Below are positions 1-12,963 of a stretch of 64,000 nt of DNA, piece after piece (positions within the stretch are counted from its first letter, which is position 1; each line of letters begins with the position of its first letter). The notes below the pieces were generated by a model. The model did no database searches. It was not told where the DNA came from and saw nothing but the letters and a program-made list of their open reading frames with translations. The DNA is from Felis catus (lineage: Eukaryota), in NCBI RefSeq assembly GCF_018350175.1, contig NC_058368.1, positions 211,732,001 to 211,796,000 on the forward strand. The letters run 5' to 3'. A program made the translations under genes and the position numbers.

Positions 1-156
1 CTCAGTTGGGACTCTTCATGTGGGCTGGTCTTGCTCACAGCATGTCAGCTTTAGAGCATGTGGGCATTTTACATGGTAGCTCATGGAGGAAGTGTCTTAC
101 ACAACTTCTGCCTAACTAGCATGCTGCATGGAAGCTGTATCACTTTTTATGATGGG

Positions 157-285
157 TAAGGTAGTATTAAAATAGGTCCACAGACACTTTAATACTCCTT
201 CTTTCAAAAAGGAGAGCCTGATTCCCTTCTATTAAGTGTGGAATATAATTAGTGACTAACTTATTTTTTTAATGTTTATTTATTT

Positions 286-333
<48 letters not shown>

Positions 334-950
334 TATGTGTGTGTGTGTGCGCAAGCAGGGGGAAGGGCAGAGAGAGAGGAAGACAGAGAATCCCAAGCAG
401 GCTCTGTGCTGACAAGACTTAATCTCATGAACCATAAGATCATGACCTGAGTTGAAATCAAGAGTCAGACGCTTAACCGACGGAGCCACCCAGGTGCCCT
501 CTTAGTGACTCATTTCTAATGAATAGAATATTGAAGAAGTGATGGTGTGTGATTTTTAAGAAAGGCATTGTGGTTTCCTCCTTGCTCTCTCCCGAGCCGC
601 TTGCTCTCTTGCTCTGGAAGAAGCCAGCTACCATGACGCTCAAGCAAGCCTGTGGCGAGACCCACATGGCAAGACACTGAGCCCTCCTGTCAACAGCCAG
701 CAAGGAAATAAGGCCTCCTGCTGCAGCCATGTGAGGGGGGTGCCTTGAGAGCAGATCCTCAGCTGCACTGAAGCCTTCAGATGACTGAAGCCCTGATGAA
801 TATCTTGTCAGAAACCTCATCAGAGACCCTGAGATGAACCACCAGTGAAGCCATTCCAAAACTTCTCACCCAGAGAGACTATGGATAATAAATCTTGGTT
901 ATTTTAAGTCACTCCATTTTGGGGTAATTTGTTGTGACTGACTGGTATAC
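157..950 (+). mobile_element. MaLR LTR (MLT1F/G-like), interrupted by a SINE
   Basis: Motifs 'gaagccagctaccatg', 'cccacatggcaag', 'ccttcagatgactgaagccc', AATAAA near 887 and 'ttttggggtaatttgtt' near the end. Confidence 0.75.
263..500 (-). mobile_element. CAN-SINE with (GA)n/(GT)n tract
   Basis: Antisense tRNA-derived head 'gagccacccaggtgccc'; imperfect TSD ttagtgactaactt / ttagtgactcattt. Confidence 0.95.
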
Positions 951-1324
951 CTAGCCTCAGAAGTCATGCAGCATTATATGCAACATATCTGGTTAAGAGT
1001 CAGTTGTGAAAACGAATCCAGGTTCAAGGAGAGGGAGACTAACCTAGCCACTCAATGGAAAGAGGGTCAAAATATTTGCAGACATAGTTTAAACTGCCGC
1101 AAGAATATTTATCTTAGTGTACTTAGAAAATAATATTGGGGAGATGGTTACCAAATGTCTAGAAATCCAAGTCCCTTACAGCACATGTAGCATTTGTAAT
1201 TAAATAATCATTAGCATAATGCTGGTTAAATTTCTGTTATTCCACTGGACTGTGGATTTGCATCTGGTTTGTTAATACTTGCATCCCCAGAGCCTTGCAT
1301 AGTGCTTAACAGATACTACACGCC

Positions 1325-1504
1325 GGGGCACCTGGGTGGCTCAGTTGGTTAAATGTCTGGCTCTTGATTTCAGTTCAGGTCATGACCTCACATTCCTGAG
1401 ACTGAGCCCTGCATCAGGTTTGCACTGGGCATGGAGACTGCCTAAGATTCTTTCTCTCCCTCACTCTCTGCCCATCCCCACCATACATGCATGAGATCTC
1501 TCTC

Positions 1505-1571
<67 letters not shown>

Positions 1572-1640
1572 AAAAGAAAGAACAAAGAAAGAAAAAAGGA
1601 AGGAAGAAAGAAAGGAAGAAAGACAAAAAAAACCCCAAAA
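1325..1640 (+). mobile_element. CAN-SINE with tail expanded into (GAAA)n (~1505-1625), inside an L2 3' remnant
   Basis: Head 'ggggcacctgggtggctcag'; TSD-like cagatactacacgc / cagatgctacatgc. Confidence 0.93.
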
Positions 1641-2087
1641 CCAGATGCTACATGCTTATGAGCTACTTATTGAACAAATTATGTGCACACTTTAGATGAT
1701 CAGGACATTACAAACATACAGATGTGGCCCTGGAAACTTTTGTTTGTTTGTTTTTGAGTTGTTCGCCCCCAATAAAATCCCTGAATAATGCTTGAAAATG
1801 TATAAATCAATTCTTACATTTGTATAGGATCTTCTACTATGTATTATGTTTTCATTGTTTCAGTTTATGATTTCTCAAAGGATTGTACATGAGATGATTT
1901 TAGGAATTACATGGATGAAGATTTAAAAATTTAATAGCTATATGATTATTTTATGTGCACTAAAAAGCACAAAAGTGTGAAGTGTGTTAATTAAAGGAAA
2001 AGAATAGGTATATAGTAGAATGGGTAGCATGCAGATATAGTAAAAATTGCAAAACTGCTATGAAATGACTCATGTTGGGTAAATATT

Positions 2088-2230
2088 GGTTCGTGGGTTC
2101 GAGCCCCACATTGGGCTCTGTGCTGACAGTATGGAGCCTGCTTGGGTTTCTCTCTCTCCCTCTCTCTTCTCCTCCACAGCTCGTGCTCGCTCGCTCTCTC
2201 AAAAAATAAATAAAAACTTTAAAAGTAAAA
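2088..2230 (+). mobile_element. 5'-truncated CAN-SINE
   Basis: Starts near the B box 'ggttcgtgggttcgagcccc', followed by a CT tract and aataaa tail. Confidence 0.9.
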
Positions 2231-2644
2231 CCTTATTTCCGGGGATACGGATTAACTTTTTCTAAGCGTCATACCTATAATTTGGTTAGTTGCTAATTGG
2301 TGACCCCTGATATGTATCTCTCTCTTTAGGGTGATTTAGGTTTTGGTTCCCAAACCAGGCATAGCATTTTAAAATTATAGATCACCAGACACAGCGCTGG
2401 AAGACTCTGATCTTGTAGGGTGTGTTAGACACATGTTTTTACAAGCTCTTTAGGAATAATAGGTATAGTTAGTAGCTGTAAGAAATAATCGCCATGTTTT
2501 AGCGGCTGTATACAACCGCAGTGTCTTTCTTGCTGAAATCAAAGCTTGGGGGATGTGTTCTTGGTTGGTGAGTAGCTCTCCTCCATATGGTGATTTAGGG
2601 ACCCAGGCTCCTTTTATCTGTGCCAAGAAGGGAACACAAAGCAA

Positions 2645-3173
2645 TCACGACAAAGATGGCTTCAGAAAGGAGCCATTTCTCCTCAGGCTGGGGAAACTAA
2701 GGAAAGAAGGTGAAATTATGAAAACGTCGGCGGTCTCCTGCCGAGCAGAAACTCAGACATCTGAGAAGGAGCTGCCACACGCCATTGCTGCCCTCTCTAA
2801 GCTTGAAGGAGGACTCCCACAGGGGAGGCTTCTGAGGAGGGGGACCGGCCGGCTGGTGTGGGTGGGCCGGGGGGAAACAGTAAAGCTAGTTCTGTGGGTG
2901 TCAGAAAAACTGCCAACGGGGATCTACTGCTGCCCATGGAATGACGGTCTCCGCTGGGGCGAAGATGAAGGCTGAGCGAGGCCGGAGGCAAACCGGAAGG
3001 AGCGAGTCTCTTCTTCCTTGCCAGACTTCCGGTTTGCCTCCAGGGGTCTTGTGGGCAGAACCTAAAAAAGAGCCAGTTGCAAAGCAGAAAGCTCCACTTC
3101 CAGCCCCAGCATTACAGAGCAGCGCACAGCGTTGTGGGTTTGAAGCTGGGAAGCAGTAATTCAATAACTGGCG
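2645..3173 (-). mobile_element. ERVL-class LTR (MER54/MER73/MER74-like)
   Basis: Reverse complement opens 'gccagttattgaattactgcttcccagcttcaaaccc...gctggggctggaa...ttaggttctgccc', resembling the recalled MER54 group; left boundary approximate. Confidence 0.55.
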
Positions 3174-3204
3174 CTGTGACGTGTGGTGGGGTCGGTCACA
3201 GTGG

Positions 3205-3620
3205 GCTGTCATTACCACCCCGTGACTCATTTCTTCCCTCTGCCCCTTCAAATCTACTCCCCACCCTCTCCACCTGCTCAGTGGCCCAGGCTGCTGGCCT
3301 GTGTGTGTGATACACAACAGACTGCCTGGTTTTTCAGCTCCGGTGTGAGCACTGGTAAGAGATGGCGGGAAAGGCTGAGGCATTTGCTCACCTGACTCCC
3401 TGGCATGGCTATGGGTTTGCTCCGTCCTTCCTGGGAGCTCCCTCTTTGCCCCTCCAGGCCATGGGGTGGCAATACAGCCTCGTCTGTTTCGGTGTCAGAG
3501 TACTGCATTATCTTTAGTGGGTTCCCTCCCAATAGCCTGCTCCTGTCTCTGTAAACAGTTTGTTAGGCTCTACTCACACAGTTCTAATCTGGGGTACCAC
3601 TCTTTTTGTGGGACCCTGTA
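3205..3620 (+). mobile_element. LTR33-like ERVL LTR
   Basis: 'ttgcccctccaggccatggggtggcaa', 'tctctgtaaacagt' and terminal 'gggaccctg' match the recalled LTR33 layout. Confidence 0.6.
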
Positions 3621-4700
3621 GTCTTGGTATGAGAGGTAAAAGAGCAGGCACAGCTGTTCCAGCTGTTCCTTCCATCCTGACTTCCCACGTGCTCCACTGT
3701 TTCCTTTCTCAATCTCCCAAAGCTACCTAGGTCAAATCCCTACAAGAGAGATTCTTATTCGGCCAACTCATCTTGTTTTTGAGAAGACCACGTACTGGGG
3801 CTTTTGGCTTATCTGTGCATTAACTCCATTGTCACCTCCACTATCCCGCAAAGAATGAGGTCACTTGATTGAAATCATGGTAGCCTAAGAGGGGCTCTGG
3901 GTAATGGAGATTTGGGGGTTGACACGCGTCATGCCGAGAAAGGTTAAACACACATAGAAATCCCTAAAGGCAAAATAAGAACTCTTTCGTAGTGTAGTGA
4001 AAGGAGCAACGGGCGCAGTCAGATGAATCTGGGTTGAAATCTCCTCTCTGTAAATCCAATACTTTCTCATCCTCAGTTTGCATATCAGGTAATAGGTGTA
4101 TTACCTAGGAAGAGAACACAGGTAATAGAACTCTCAGTCATAGAAATGGTTGAGATGAACAAGACGTTGTCCCTGCCCCCTCCAAAAACAAGAAGCTAGC
4201 TGGGGCAGCTAGCTGGCACTGGTTTGGAGCCAGCTTCTCAGAATCTCTTGGCTTTTCTTCTATGCTATTGCATTTCCACTACTCGATGGTTCTTGCAGCT
4301 ACAGACATCCTGTCCCTTTCAAGGAAGAGAGGAAAGGAAAGTGGCCCCAAGTGGATGCCTCTTATCAGGAAAAGTAAAAGGCTTCCAAGAGCCTCCAGCA
4401 GATTTCCACTGACGTGTCACCAGCCGGGACAGTGTACATGGGCATCTCTGCCCCTGGCGTAGGCTAGGACAGAGGGTGCTTGCATGGGAGCAGGCACATG
4501 GCTTCCCAGAACAGAACTGAGGCTCTGCTAGTGGGAACAAAGGAGGGGGGATGGGTATTAGGGAGGAGTGTGGTGGGTGGTGACACAAAGGGGTGACACC
4601 CCTTTTATCTCTTTCCTGGGTGTTTGGGAGGATGAACTGTGTGTGAATGGGCCCCTTTTCAAAATGAAAACATCAGCTTCTATATTATATGCCTGTTTTT

Positions 4701-4918
4701 TTTCTTTATTTAATGTTTATTTATTTTTGACAGAGAGAGAGAGAGACAGGGCATGAGTGGGGGAGGGGCATAGAGAGAGGGAGACACAGAATCTGGAGCA
4801 GGCTCCAGGCTCTGAGCTGTCAGCACAGAGCCTGACGCTGGGCTCGAACTCACGGACTGCAAGATCATGACCTGAGCCGAAGTCGGACACCCAACCAACT
4901 GAGCCACCCAGGTGACCC
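4701..4918 (-). mobile_element. CAN-SINE
   Basis: Full head, body and tail; TSD tatatgcctgtttt at 4686 and 4919. Confidence 0.96.
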
Positions 4919-5029
4919 TATATGCCTGTTTTCTTAAAGACAGACCCTTCTTTTTCTACTTTACCTCGAGAGCTACCTAACGAAACTGAATACGGCCCGG
5001 CTCTGCCTAGCCTCCAACCTCATCTCTAC

Positions 5030-5560
5030 CTCCCAACATCCCCTCTTCTGCTCGCCACCTTCCTCTGACAGCCCCCAACTTCCCTCCGAGGTCTGTCAAT
5101 TCACCAAGACTTTTCTCACCCAAGGGTCTTTGCTTTTGCCATTTTCCTTGCTTAGAACAGGCTTCCTCCTTTCTGTCACCTCTTCAAAGAAGTTCACCCT
5201 GACTCCCCACCTATGTGAAAAATCCACCCCACCCCAGCCATTGTTCTTTCTGAGCATAGAGAGCTCTTCATTCCTGTTTATCGACTTGCATTTATCTGCT
5301 GAAGAGGCACCTTGGTGGAAGGCTTAAGGGTGCTAGAGCCAGACTGCCTGGATTTAAGCCCTTCCCAGCGGTGTGATCCTGAGCAGGGTACTCTGATGTC
5401 CTCGTGCCTCAGTTTCCTCATCTGTAAAATGGGAATATTAATATTCCTTACTTCATGGGATGGGATTGTAAGGAGGATTCAAAGTGTTATTACTTGTAAA
5501 GAGCCCAGAATAGTGGTCTGTACCTAGCAGGGAACTGTGGAAGTGTTACATAAGTAAAAG
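5030..5560. mobile_element. L2 fragment (~5030-5290) followed by MIR (~5310-5560)
   Basis: MIR core 'gtgcctcagtttcctcatctgtaaaatgggaata'; L2-like pyrimidine-rich segment upstream. Confidence 0.7.
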
Positions 5561-7878
5561 AAATCGCGTACATTTTCTCCACCACCCTGCACACCCCATG
5601 AAGACGGCAGCCGCCCCCGCTCTTCCACTGCAGAGGCTAGTGCAATGCCACCCCACCCCACCACTGCTGTTCCTGTTGTTTTACACCTAGTGGGCATCGA
5701 ATATTTGTTGGGTGAATAAATACATACATGAATAACTGAGTGATGGTCTAAATGGGGGAGGGGAGAAGCAGAATGACCTGGTTGCCAAAACTAGCACACT
5801 GCAAGAGCACGAATTTCCAGAAAATACTGACCAGTAGAAGTCTCCGGATCAGTGGGGAGTTGAAATCTGCACCCGCCTCTGCAGTCTGTTAGAACCAAAT
5901 CGTTCATGTCAGAGTGCGGGGGCTGCATGGACTACCCCCCCACACACACACACACACAATTGTCCACCTCTTGCTGCCCAGCTAACAGCCACAGGAGTCA
6001 CCTACTCTGGGAGTACTGTGAGGTCTAGAGCAGCCCCGGAAATGGAAGGGAGCCTCTGGGTGGGACTCAAGGAGCACCCACCCACCCATTTGGAAAGCTG
6101 CAGCGCTGATTAGCTGTCTTGCTTGTCAACCCCAGCACCCGGGTGACAGCTGCTTCCCTGGCTAGCCTGAGCTCCGGCCCTGGTCACAAGTCAGTGCTGT
6201 TCTGATTCTCTCAGAAGAGGATTTTTCCAGACCCCAAACTACTGCAGCTTTGTGGGCCAGCTGCACTGCGTTCCCTTTCAGAGGCAACCAAGGCTCTTAA
6301 ATCATATGAAAAGTACATCCAAGTTGCTCTGCGGGGACTCAGTCAGACAACTGACTGCGCTGCTAATTCTTGTCCAACCTGGGTCTCAGAGGAGCCCTCA
6401 GAAGCCCAGTAAAATAGACCTCGATCACCCTGGCTGCTTTCCAGAGCCTGATAGCCGCCTACCTCTGAAGCCTTTGTGGAACCCTGACAATTTCCTGTGG
6501 CCTCTGGGCTGCCCAGCAAGCAGGTTAATAATGTTCAGCCTCCCTGTCTGCTGAGTACCACTTGTTTTTCTGTTTCTGTTTGCTGAATGGCCTCAGGGTT
6601 TCCCCTTTCCTGCTCCAGCCCAACTGGAAGCCTCTTTATTAACAGTTTGTTTGCAAGCTCATGGTGGTCTATGAACCTGTCTAAAATTTCCTGGAAGGGA
6701 GACAACAGTTCCCAGAGGAACATTCTGTCGGTCTCTCCTCAGATAATTCTCACTCTGCCATCTATCTGTCCCTCCTGCAGCCTGCACGCCGCACACCTTG
6801 AAAATACCCCCATACTCCTGAGTTTCTGACAAGAGAGAAAACACTTCCACCAGTAAAAAAGTAAAACATCGAGGGTATCTGTTATGTAAGGGGTGGCATC
6901 TTCCATGAGGCTCTTGAAGGATAGTTTGGGGAAAGTTCTAGGTCGGCCTGTTAGAAACTGTTTGCTGTGTGTCTACTTATTAAGGAGAATTTCTGGCCCC
7001 ACTCGGTTGTGAGGACGAGGCCATTAGCTGAGGAACAGGAAGGAGAGTGGCAACGACCAAGATTTGCTTTGGCACAAATGCCTCCAATGGAGTCGATTCC
7101 TTGGCCATAAGGCTTGGCAGTCACTCTGAGCTCTTCCCCTGAGGTCGCCCCAGAGCCAGGCAGTTGGCTCCTGGGATTCGCTCTCCATTCAGCTCCTTTG
7201 GTCACCTCTCCCTTCTCAGCAAGTAGCATTCCTTTCTCACAACGGGCCCATCCTGAGAAAGAAGGAGCCAGACGTGGCTTGGTGCCTCTTTGGTGGGCCT
7301 TGGCTGGAAGCATGGCTGGTTATACCCCCACTTTCAGCCAAATCCCATATAAGTTGTCAACATGTCCTTACATTGTCTTAAGGCTAATGGGATGAAACAA
7401 ACCTTAAACTGCTAGTAGCTTTTTGACTTGGAAGGGAACTCAGAAATGATCCATCTCATTGCCATCCAGGCCTTTTTTTTTAGCCACAGCAAACTCCCTT
7501 TCAGTGAGATCTTACTGAGAAGCCCATGAGGCTGCCTGTGAAGTGGAGAAGGGCTGCAACCCCGCAGATTCGCCTCCTTATCCTCTCAGTAGTCCCTGAG
7601 GCTCTCGCGCTGGATGCCTAGGACTCTCTAGAATGCACCTCAAAAGGAACTCATTACCATGGAGAAAAGTGTGGCCCAGAGAACCCAACTGGTTTGCCCA
7701 ATACAGCAGTGATTTGGAGGCCTACACACAACTGAAATCCCCGTCTCTTGAAGCCGGACTCATACACTTACAAATGTTCTGCCAGCGTGTAACATATTAT
7801 CTACATTTGTGTTTGACTTAGCTCTATAATGAAATGGCTCATCCGTTTTCTTTTTTCATTAATCTCAGGAATTTCTAC

Positions 7879-8263
7879 TGTGCGTTAGTTTTCTATGGCT
7901 GCCATAACAAAGTACCACACATTGGGTGGCTTAAACAATAGAAATTAATTTACACACAGTCCTGGTGGTTAGAAGTCCAAGACTGAGGTGTCTGTAGGCT
8001 TGGTGCCTCCTGAGGCCTCTCTCCTTGGCTTGTAGATGGCCCTTTTCCCCTGTGTCTTCACGTGGTCTTCTCTCTGTGTCTGTGTCCAAATTTCCTCTTC
8101 TTACAAGGACACCAGTTGTACTGAATTAGTATGATCTCATTTTAACTCAACTACCTCTTTAAAGACTCTGTCTCCAAATATAGTCACATTCAGAGGCACT
8201 GGGGTTAGAACTTAAACATACGAATAATTGATGGTACAGGGGAACACAATTCAGCCTGTAACA
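7879..8263 (-). mobile_element. MaLR LTR (MLT1A-like)
   Basis: 'ggctgccataacaaagtaccac...ggtggcttaaacaa...agtcacattc...cacaattcagcctgtaaca'. Confidence 0.85.
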
Positions 8264-9268
8264 GCTGGCCAACCTTCACCTTTGAGTGGCTCATTTAAAG
8301 AGAGCATAGGAAAGCCATAGTCCCTGACTTCTTGTACATTAAAACCATTTTTTCCATATCCTTATTTTTAGGTCACTTTTTTTCTCTTAAAACTTGGAAG
8401 ACATCGCTCTACCAACTTCTGGCCTTGCAAGTCATTATGGAGAAAGTTCGAGTCAGGTGGAATTTCTTTTTCCACTTCCAATTGCCAAACACCTGAGGGA
8501 GGCCATCTTGGACCAGCCCCAGTCAAACAACAGAAGGACTTCTGCTTCACGAGTGACCACAGGTGAGATCACCAGCCGAACCCAGCACAATCTGCTAACC
8601 CCAGAACCTTTAGCAAATGAATAGTTGTTGTGGTAAGCCACCACACTGGGGGATGGTTCGTTGCCCAGCAATTGCTATCTGGCACAAGGAGCCAGCGGGG
8701 ATTCTCCCCGGGTCACAGTGCAGTCTAAGTCCCAAGGTGACGTGGGTGGGTTTAGCCTTTGTCTCTCTCTGGCCCTCAGACACCTGCCACTGCAGGGCTG
8801 CTCGTAACGCAGTGTGGAAATGCCCGCCTTGCCAACAGACTGCTTCCTACACATGTGGGGAGCGAGTGCCCCCTCTCTCAGTGTCACATTCTCGACTTCT
8901 TTTTTCCTTTTCTTCTCAGCTTCTTGTAGGGGCCGAACCTGGCTCTGCTGACTCTGGTGCCCACCATCTCTCCTGGGCGCCTCCCAGCATTCTGTTTGCA
9001 CGGTGGCAGTCTTGCTCCACAGATGGCAACTGGGATCACCTGGGAACACAGATATTGCCTAGTTTAATCACAGATGGGGTGGCTGTTTCTCAATTTTGTG
9101 TATGTGTGTGTGTGGGGGGGGGGGTGGGAGATGGTGATTTCCTAGAGACGGAGGCAGGCACATATTTGCCCTCCCATTTACAAATATTAGAATAATAAAA
9201 CTCTAAAAACAAATATGGGGGACTGACACAAAATTGTCAACCTTTTGTTTTATCACATAAGAGTATTT

Positions 9269-9477
9269 TTTTATTTATTAAAAAAATGTGTATTTATTTA
9301 TTTTGAGAGAGAGAGAGCATGTGTGAGTGGGAGAGGGGCAGAGAGAGGAGAGAGGGAGAATCCCAGGCAGGCTCCACACTGTCAGCACAGAGGAGCTTGA
9401 ACTCATGAACCATGAGATCATGACCTGAGATGAAACCAGGAGTCAGACACCTAACCGACTGAGCCACCCAGGGGCCC
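9269..9477 (-). mobile_element. CAN-SINE
   Basis: TSD tatcacataa(g/a)agtattt at 9251 and 9480. Confidence 0.94.
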
Positions 9478-9712
9478 GATATCACATAAAAGTATTTGAA
9501 AAAAGAGAAGTTCTTTATCATCATCCGTTCACCAGAGAAAGTCATTACAACATCGAACTAACTGCAAAGCACAAAAACCCAGAGAAAAGGAAAACCCTCT
9601 TTAAGAAAGAATTAATGTGTGAGGTCCACATTTATGTTTACGGGAAATATTAATTTTTGGAGATGCATAAAAATTGCAACCTGAAATCAGACTTGACACA
9701 ATTTTTCTTAAA

Positions 9713-9924
9713 ATTTTTTTTTTCAAAGTTTATTTATTTTTGGGACAGAGAGACAGAGCATGAACGGGGGAGGGGCAGAGAGAGAGGGAGACACAGAATC
9801 GGAAAGAGGCTCCAGGCTCTGAGCCATCAGCCCAGAGCCCGACGCGGGGCTCGAACTCACGGACCGCGAGATCGTGACCTGGCTGAAGTCGGACGCTTCA
9901 CCGACTGCGCCACCCAGGCGCCCC
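9713..9924 (-). mobile_element. Young felid CAN-SINE (SINEC_Fc type)
   Basis: CpG-rich near-consensus body; perfect TSD ttgacacaatttttcttaaa at 9693-9712 and 9925-9944. Confidence 0.98.
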
Positions 9925-11353
9925 TTGACACAATTTTTCTTAAAGTGAGCCTACAGAATGTAAAGGAACATTCACCTTCCTGTTTCTGTGCAAAGTATTG
10001 CTGCCTTATAGAAGGGCTGCATCAGGTTTCACGCTTCCTTATCTGGAAATAGTAAACCTTACTCGTCCCCCCCAGATCAAACCATTCCTGAGGTTAGCCT
10101 TTGCTGGCACTCCAGATAAACTTTGCTGTGAATTTATACAGGGGCATCCGACAAAGTTATGGGTGTTTTGAAGGGAAGAAAAGGAGCCCACTGGAGCCCA
10201 CTGACCTTATCTGTTGGCCCCTCTGCCTGCCCCGTCTTCAGGGGCTGCCGGGGCTCTGGGCACAGGCCTCTGGATTCTCAAACCTTTCCCTCTGGCCCCA
10301 GGCACCAGAAAGCTGTGTGGATGGTGTCACTTCCCTCTCTAGCACTGAGTAGCTCCTGGGTGAATGTCTGTGGAATAAGAAATGAACGGGTCGTTGCAAG
10401 GCCCACCTGAGTCTCCTGGGGGCCATGTGCAGAGATGCCGCATGGCCACTCTGTCCCCGGCGGGGTCAGCCTCACGGAAGGCTACCCTTCACTCCTGGCA
10501 AGGGATTCGGTCAGGACATGCAGAGCTCCCAGAGGGTGGACATGGATATGAGTGCAATTAAGGGTACTTCTTTCTTCTTTTCAGAGAAAAGGGATAAAAA
10601 GTCACTTAGAAACCCAAGGAGAAGGCCTGGGAGGGGCCAGTAGAAGAACGGCTGGGATGCCTGACAACTGCCTCTGTGGGAGACTCTGCCCTTCACGGGA
10701 GCCCTGGGGAGTCCACTGTGTCCTGTGATGGAAACCCCACTCCCCTGGCCCCAAAGTCCAGAGAAAGGCGGGTCCTGCTCTCCTGGGTGGGCCTGACGGC
10801 TGTCCTTCTCATCAACGGCCCACCAGGAAGGCACAAATGGACTAGAGACAAAGCTTGTACCTAAGAACAAGACAACGAACTCTCCTGTGGGGAAAATGGC
10901 CGCTCTCTGGGGAGCGTGAGCTCAGCAGAGCAGCTCCCCCTGCTTCTGTCTTCTCGATGCTGCATTTCTTTGTTTCTGGCTCCTTTCACCTGCCACCACG
11001 TTCCCCACTTGAAATCAGACTCCAGGGAGATTGTTGTCAAATCCCACAGACCCGGTGCTGACAACAGAAACAGAAGAGTGGGCTTTGAAGAGTTGGCTTC
11101 AGTTCCAACCCTGCCTCTTGCTAACTGTGTAATGACAGACAAGCCACGAAAGCGCCCTGAATATTAAGTTTCCTCATCTAGAAAAGGCAGCAAATGCTCG
11201 TACCTGCTCTCTCCCTGCAAGAAGGCTGTGGCCCAAAGGAGTCAACACAACTAAGGAGACACGATTAGTAATGGGGATTACTGGGGTGCTAGCTGTACCT
11301 CCTCTCCTCTTGCCTGAGGTCCCCTGAAACACCAGTAATCAAAAGGGAACGTG

Positions 11354-11550
11354 AGGACATCTGGGTGGCTCAGCGGAGTAAGCATCTGACTCTTGCTTTC
11401 GGCTCAGGTCATGATCTCACAGTTTCGTGAGTTCGAGCCCGAGCTGCCAGCACAGAGCCTGCTTGGGATTCTGTCTCTCCTTTTCTTTCTGCCCCTCCCC
11501 TGCTTGCGCTGCCTCTGTTTCTCTCAAAATAAATAAATAAACTTTAAAAA
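11354..11550 (+). mobile_element. CAN-SINE
   Basis: Head 'ctgggtggctcag', B box 'gagttcgagccc', CT tract and A tail. Confidence 0.93.
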
Positions 11551-12531
11551 GAAGGGTGGGGGATGTGCAGAGCAGAGAGAAGGAAAGGGGAAGGACAAAC
11601 AAAGGAGAGTGTCATTGAAATAGTTTCAACCACTACAAACAAACCACAGCACAGTTTCAACCACTATGAAAATGACACAGCAACAAAAAAGACTAGAAGA
11701 AAATAGGAGATATTAGGGGGTGAAAGTTATTCCTAAGTGCAAGGATTATAATTTTTACTTTCTGCTTTTATAATGAAAAATACATTTTAAGATGGTCCCC
11801 TTCCTCTGTGTTCCCAGTGACAGGTGTGCCCACCGTACTTAGTCACAATTTCAGAGAGAGCGCAGGGAAGGCGAGACATGTCCTGGGTCTTGATTTCATA
11901 GGCAGGGCAGGAGGAGAGAACTCAGCGGTGAAGGATAAGAGTAGGGAAAATAGTGCAACCCCACAGCTCAGTGTGGCGGAGCACAGGTGACAGGGAAGTC
12001 TTGGTGGCAGGCACAATTGGCTCAGGGTGATTTTGAGGAGCCCTGGTAGGAAGTGAAAGATGAGGGGGGAACGGGGCCACTGGCAATGACTGAGTGGGGT
12101 GACAGGACACCAGCCGAAGAGGCTGGGGCCCTGAGGGCCAATCTCAGTAAGGGAGTCAAGTGACAGTGGTAGAGAAACTGAGGCAAAGCTCAGTTCTGCG
12201 ATGAGCAAGGGCAGAAACCCTTTCACTTAAATCTCCACGACACCGGGCGTTCATTCCCTGCATGCAGATTCCTAGAGCTGGCCTGTGATGTCATTTCGGG
12301 TCCACCTGCTACAAGGCTCAGATGCTGATGTTCTTTCTGCTACTTTGGTGATAAATTCAGAAAACGAGCAAGGCTGATCCTGGAAGTAGAGGACACCAAT
12401 CACAGGGGGTTTCCTGCTGGTCTCAGCCTACGGATGGTGCTGCTATGGTCTGGGACCACCTGGGGGCACACACCTGGGCCCCTACTACCGCGGGAGCCTC
12501 CACAGACCTTCCCCCAGCCAACGGGAGCCAG

Positions 12532-12963
12532 TGTTGTGGCTGGATGACACTTGTGGTTCTTATTATGATTGCATAATCATTGGGGAACTTTAAAAAGACA
12601 AAGTCTATTACTCACAAATCCTGGAGGATACACAGCCTGCCACACAATGAGGTTGTGGGTAGAGAGAAAGAGCACAGACCTGGATTCTGCCTTTACTGGG
12701 GTCAAGGGTGGGATGACTAGGGTTTCCGTCTTTCTTGGCAAATGCAAACAATAAGAGTGGAATTAGGACACTAGCCGGGAAAAGCGAGGTCACTCAAGCA
12801 GTCAGCTAGGCAGGTCACCCAGGGCTTTCTAAAAGGGGACCTTCATGGGTGGGACGCTTGACTGTCATCTGGTTGTGTAGCTGGCAATATGTTTACTCAA
12901 GATGGATGCCTTTGAAATGGAGGCCGCAGCCACCCGAAGCTCAATGCCAGGCATTCACGCTAA
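12532..12963 (-). mobile_element. ERVL LTR (MER76-like)
   Basis: Reverse complement carries 'catccatcttgagtaaacatattgccagctacaca', 'agaaagccctgggtgacct' and 'ctagtgtcctaattccactcttattg'; subfamily name from memory. Confidence 0.55.

Larger units (their letters stand above)
1..1101 (-). mobile_element. Old MaLR LTR (MLT1F/G/H group), split into ~1-152 and ~950-1101 by a second MLT1
   Basis: 'ggaagctgtatcactttttatga' resumes as 'cctagcctcagaagtcatgcagcat...ggttcaaggagaggg...gtttaaactgccgca', as in the recalled MLT1 antisense consensus. Confidence 0.65.

Noticed and set aside
1414..1699. Lys/Glu/Arg-rich and Phe/Ser-rich ORFs
   Set aside because: They are translations of the (GAAA)n SINE tail.
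8617..9195. Longest ORF in the track (192 aa)
   Set aside because: No recognisable domain; it starts in an MLT1-like remnant and crosses a GT/G tract, consistent with a chance ORF.
9657..10052. 131-aa ORF and similar 'ERETEHERGRGRER' ORFs elsewhere
   Set aside because: These are antisense CAN-SINE translations.
11622..11667. agtttcaaccacta repeated twice
   Set aside because: A short local duplication with no further structure.
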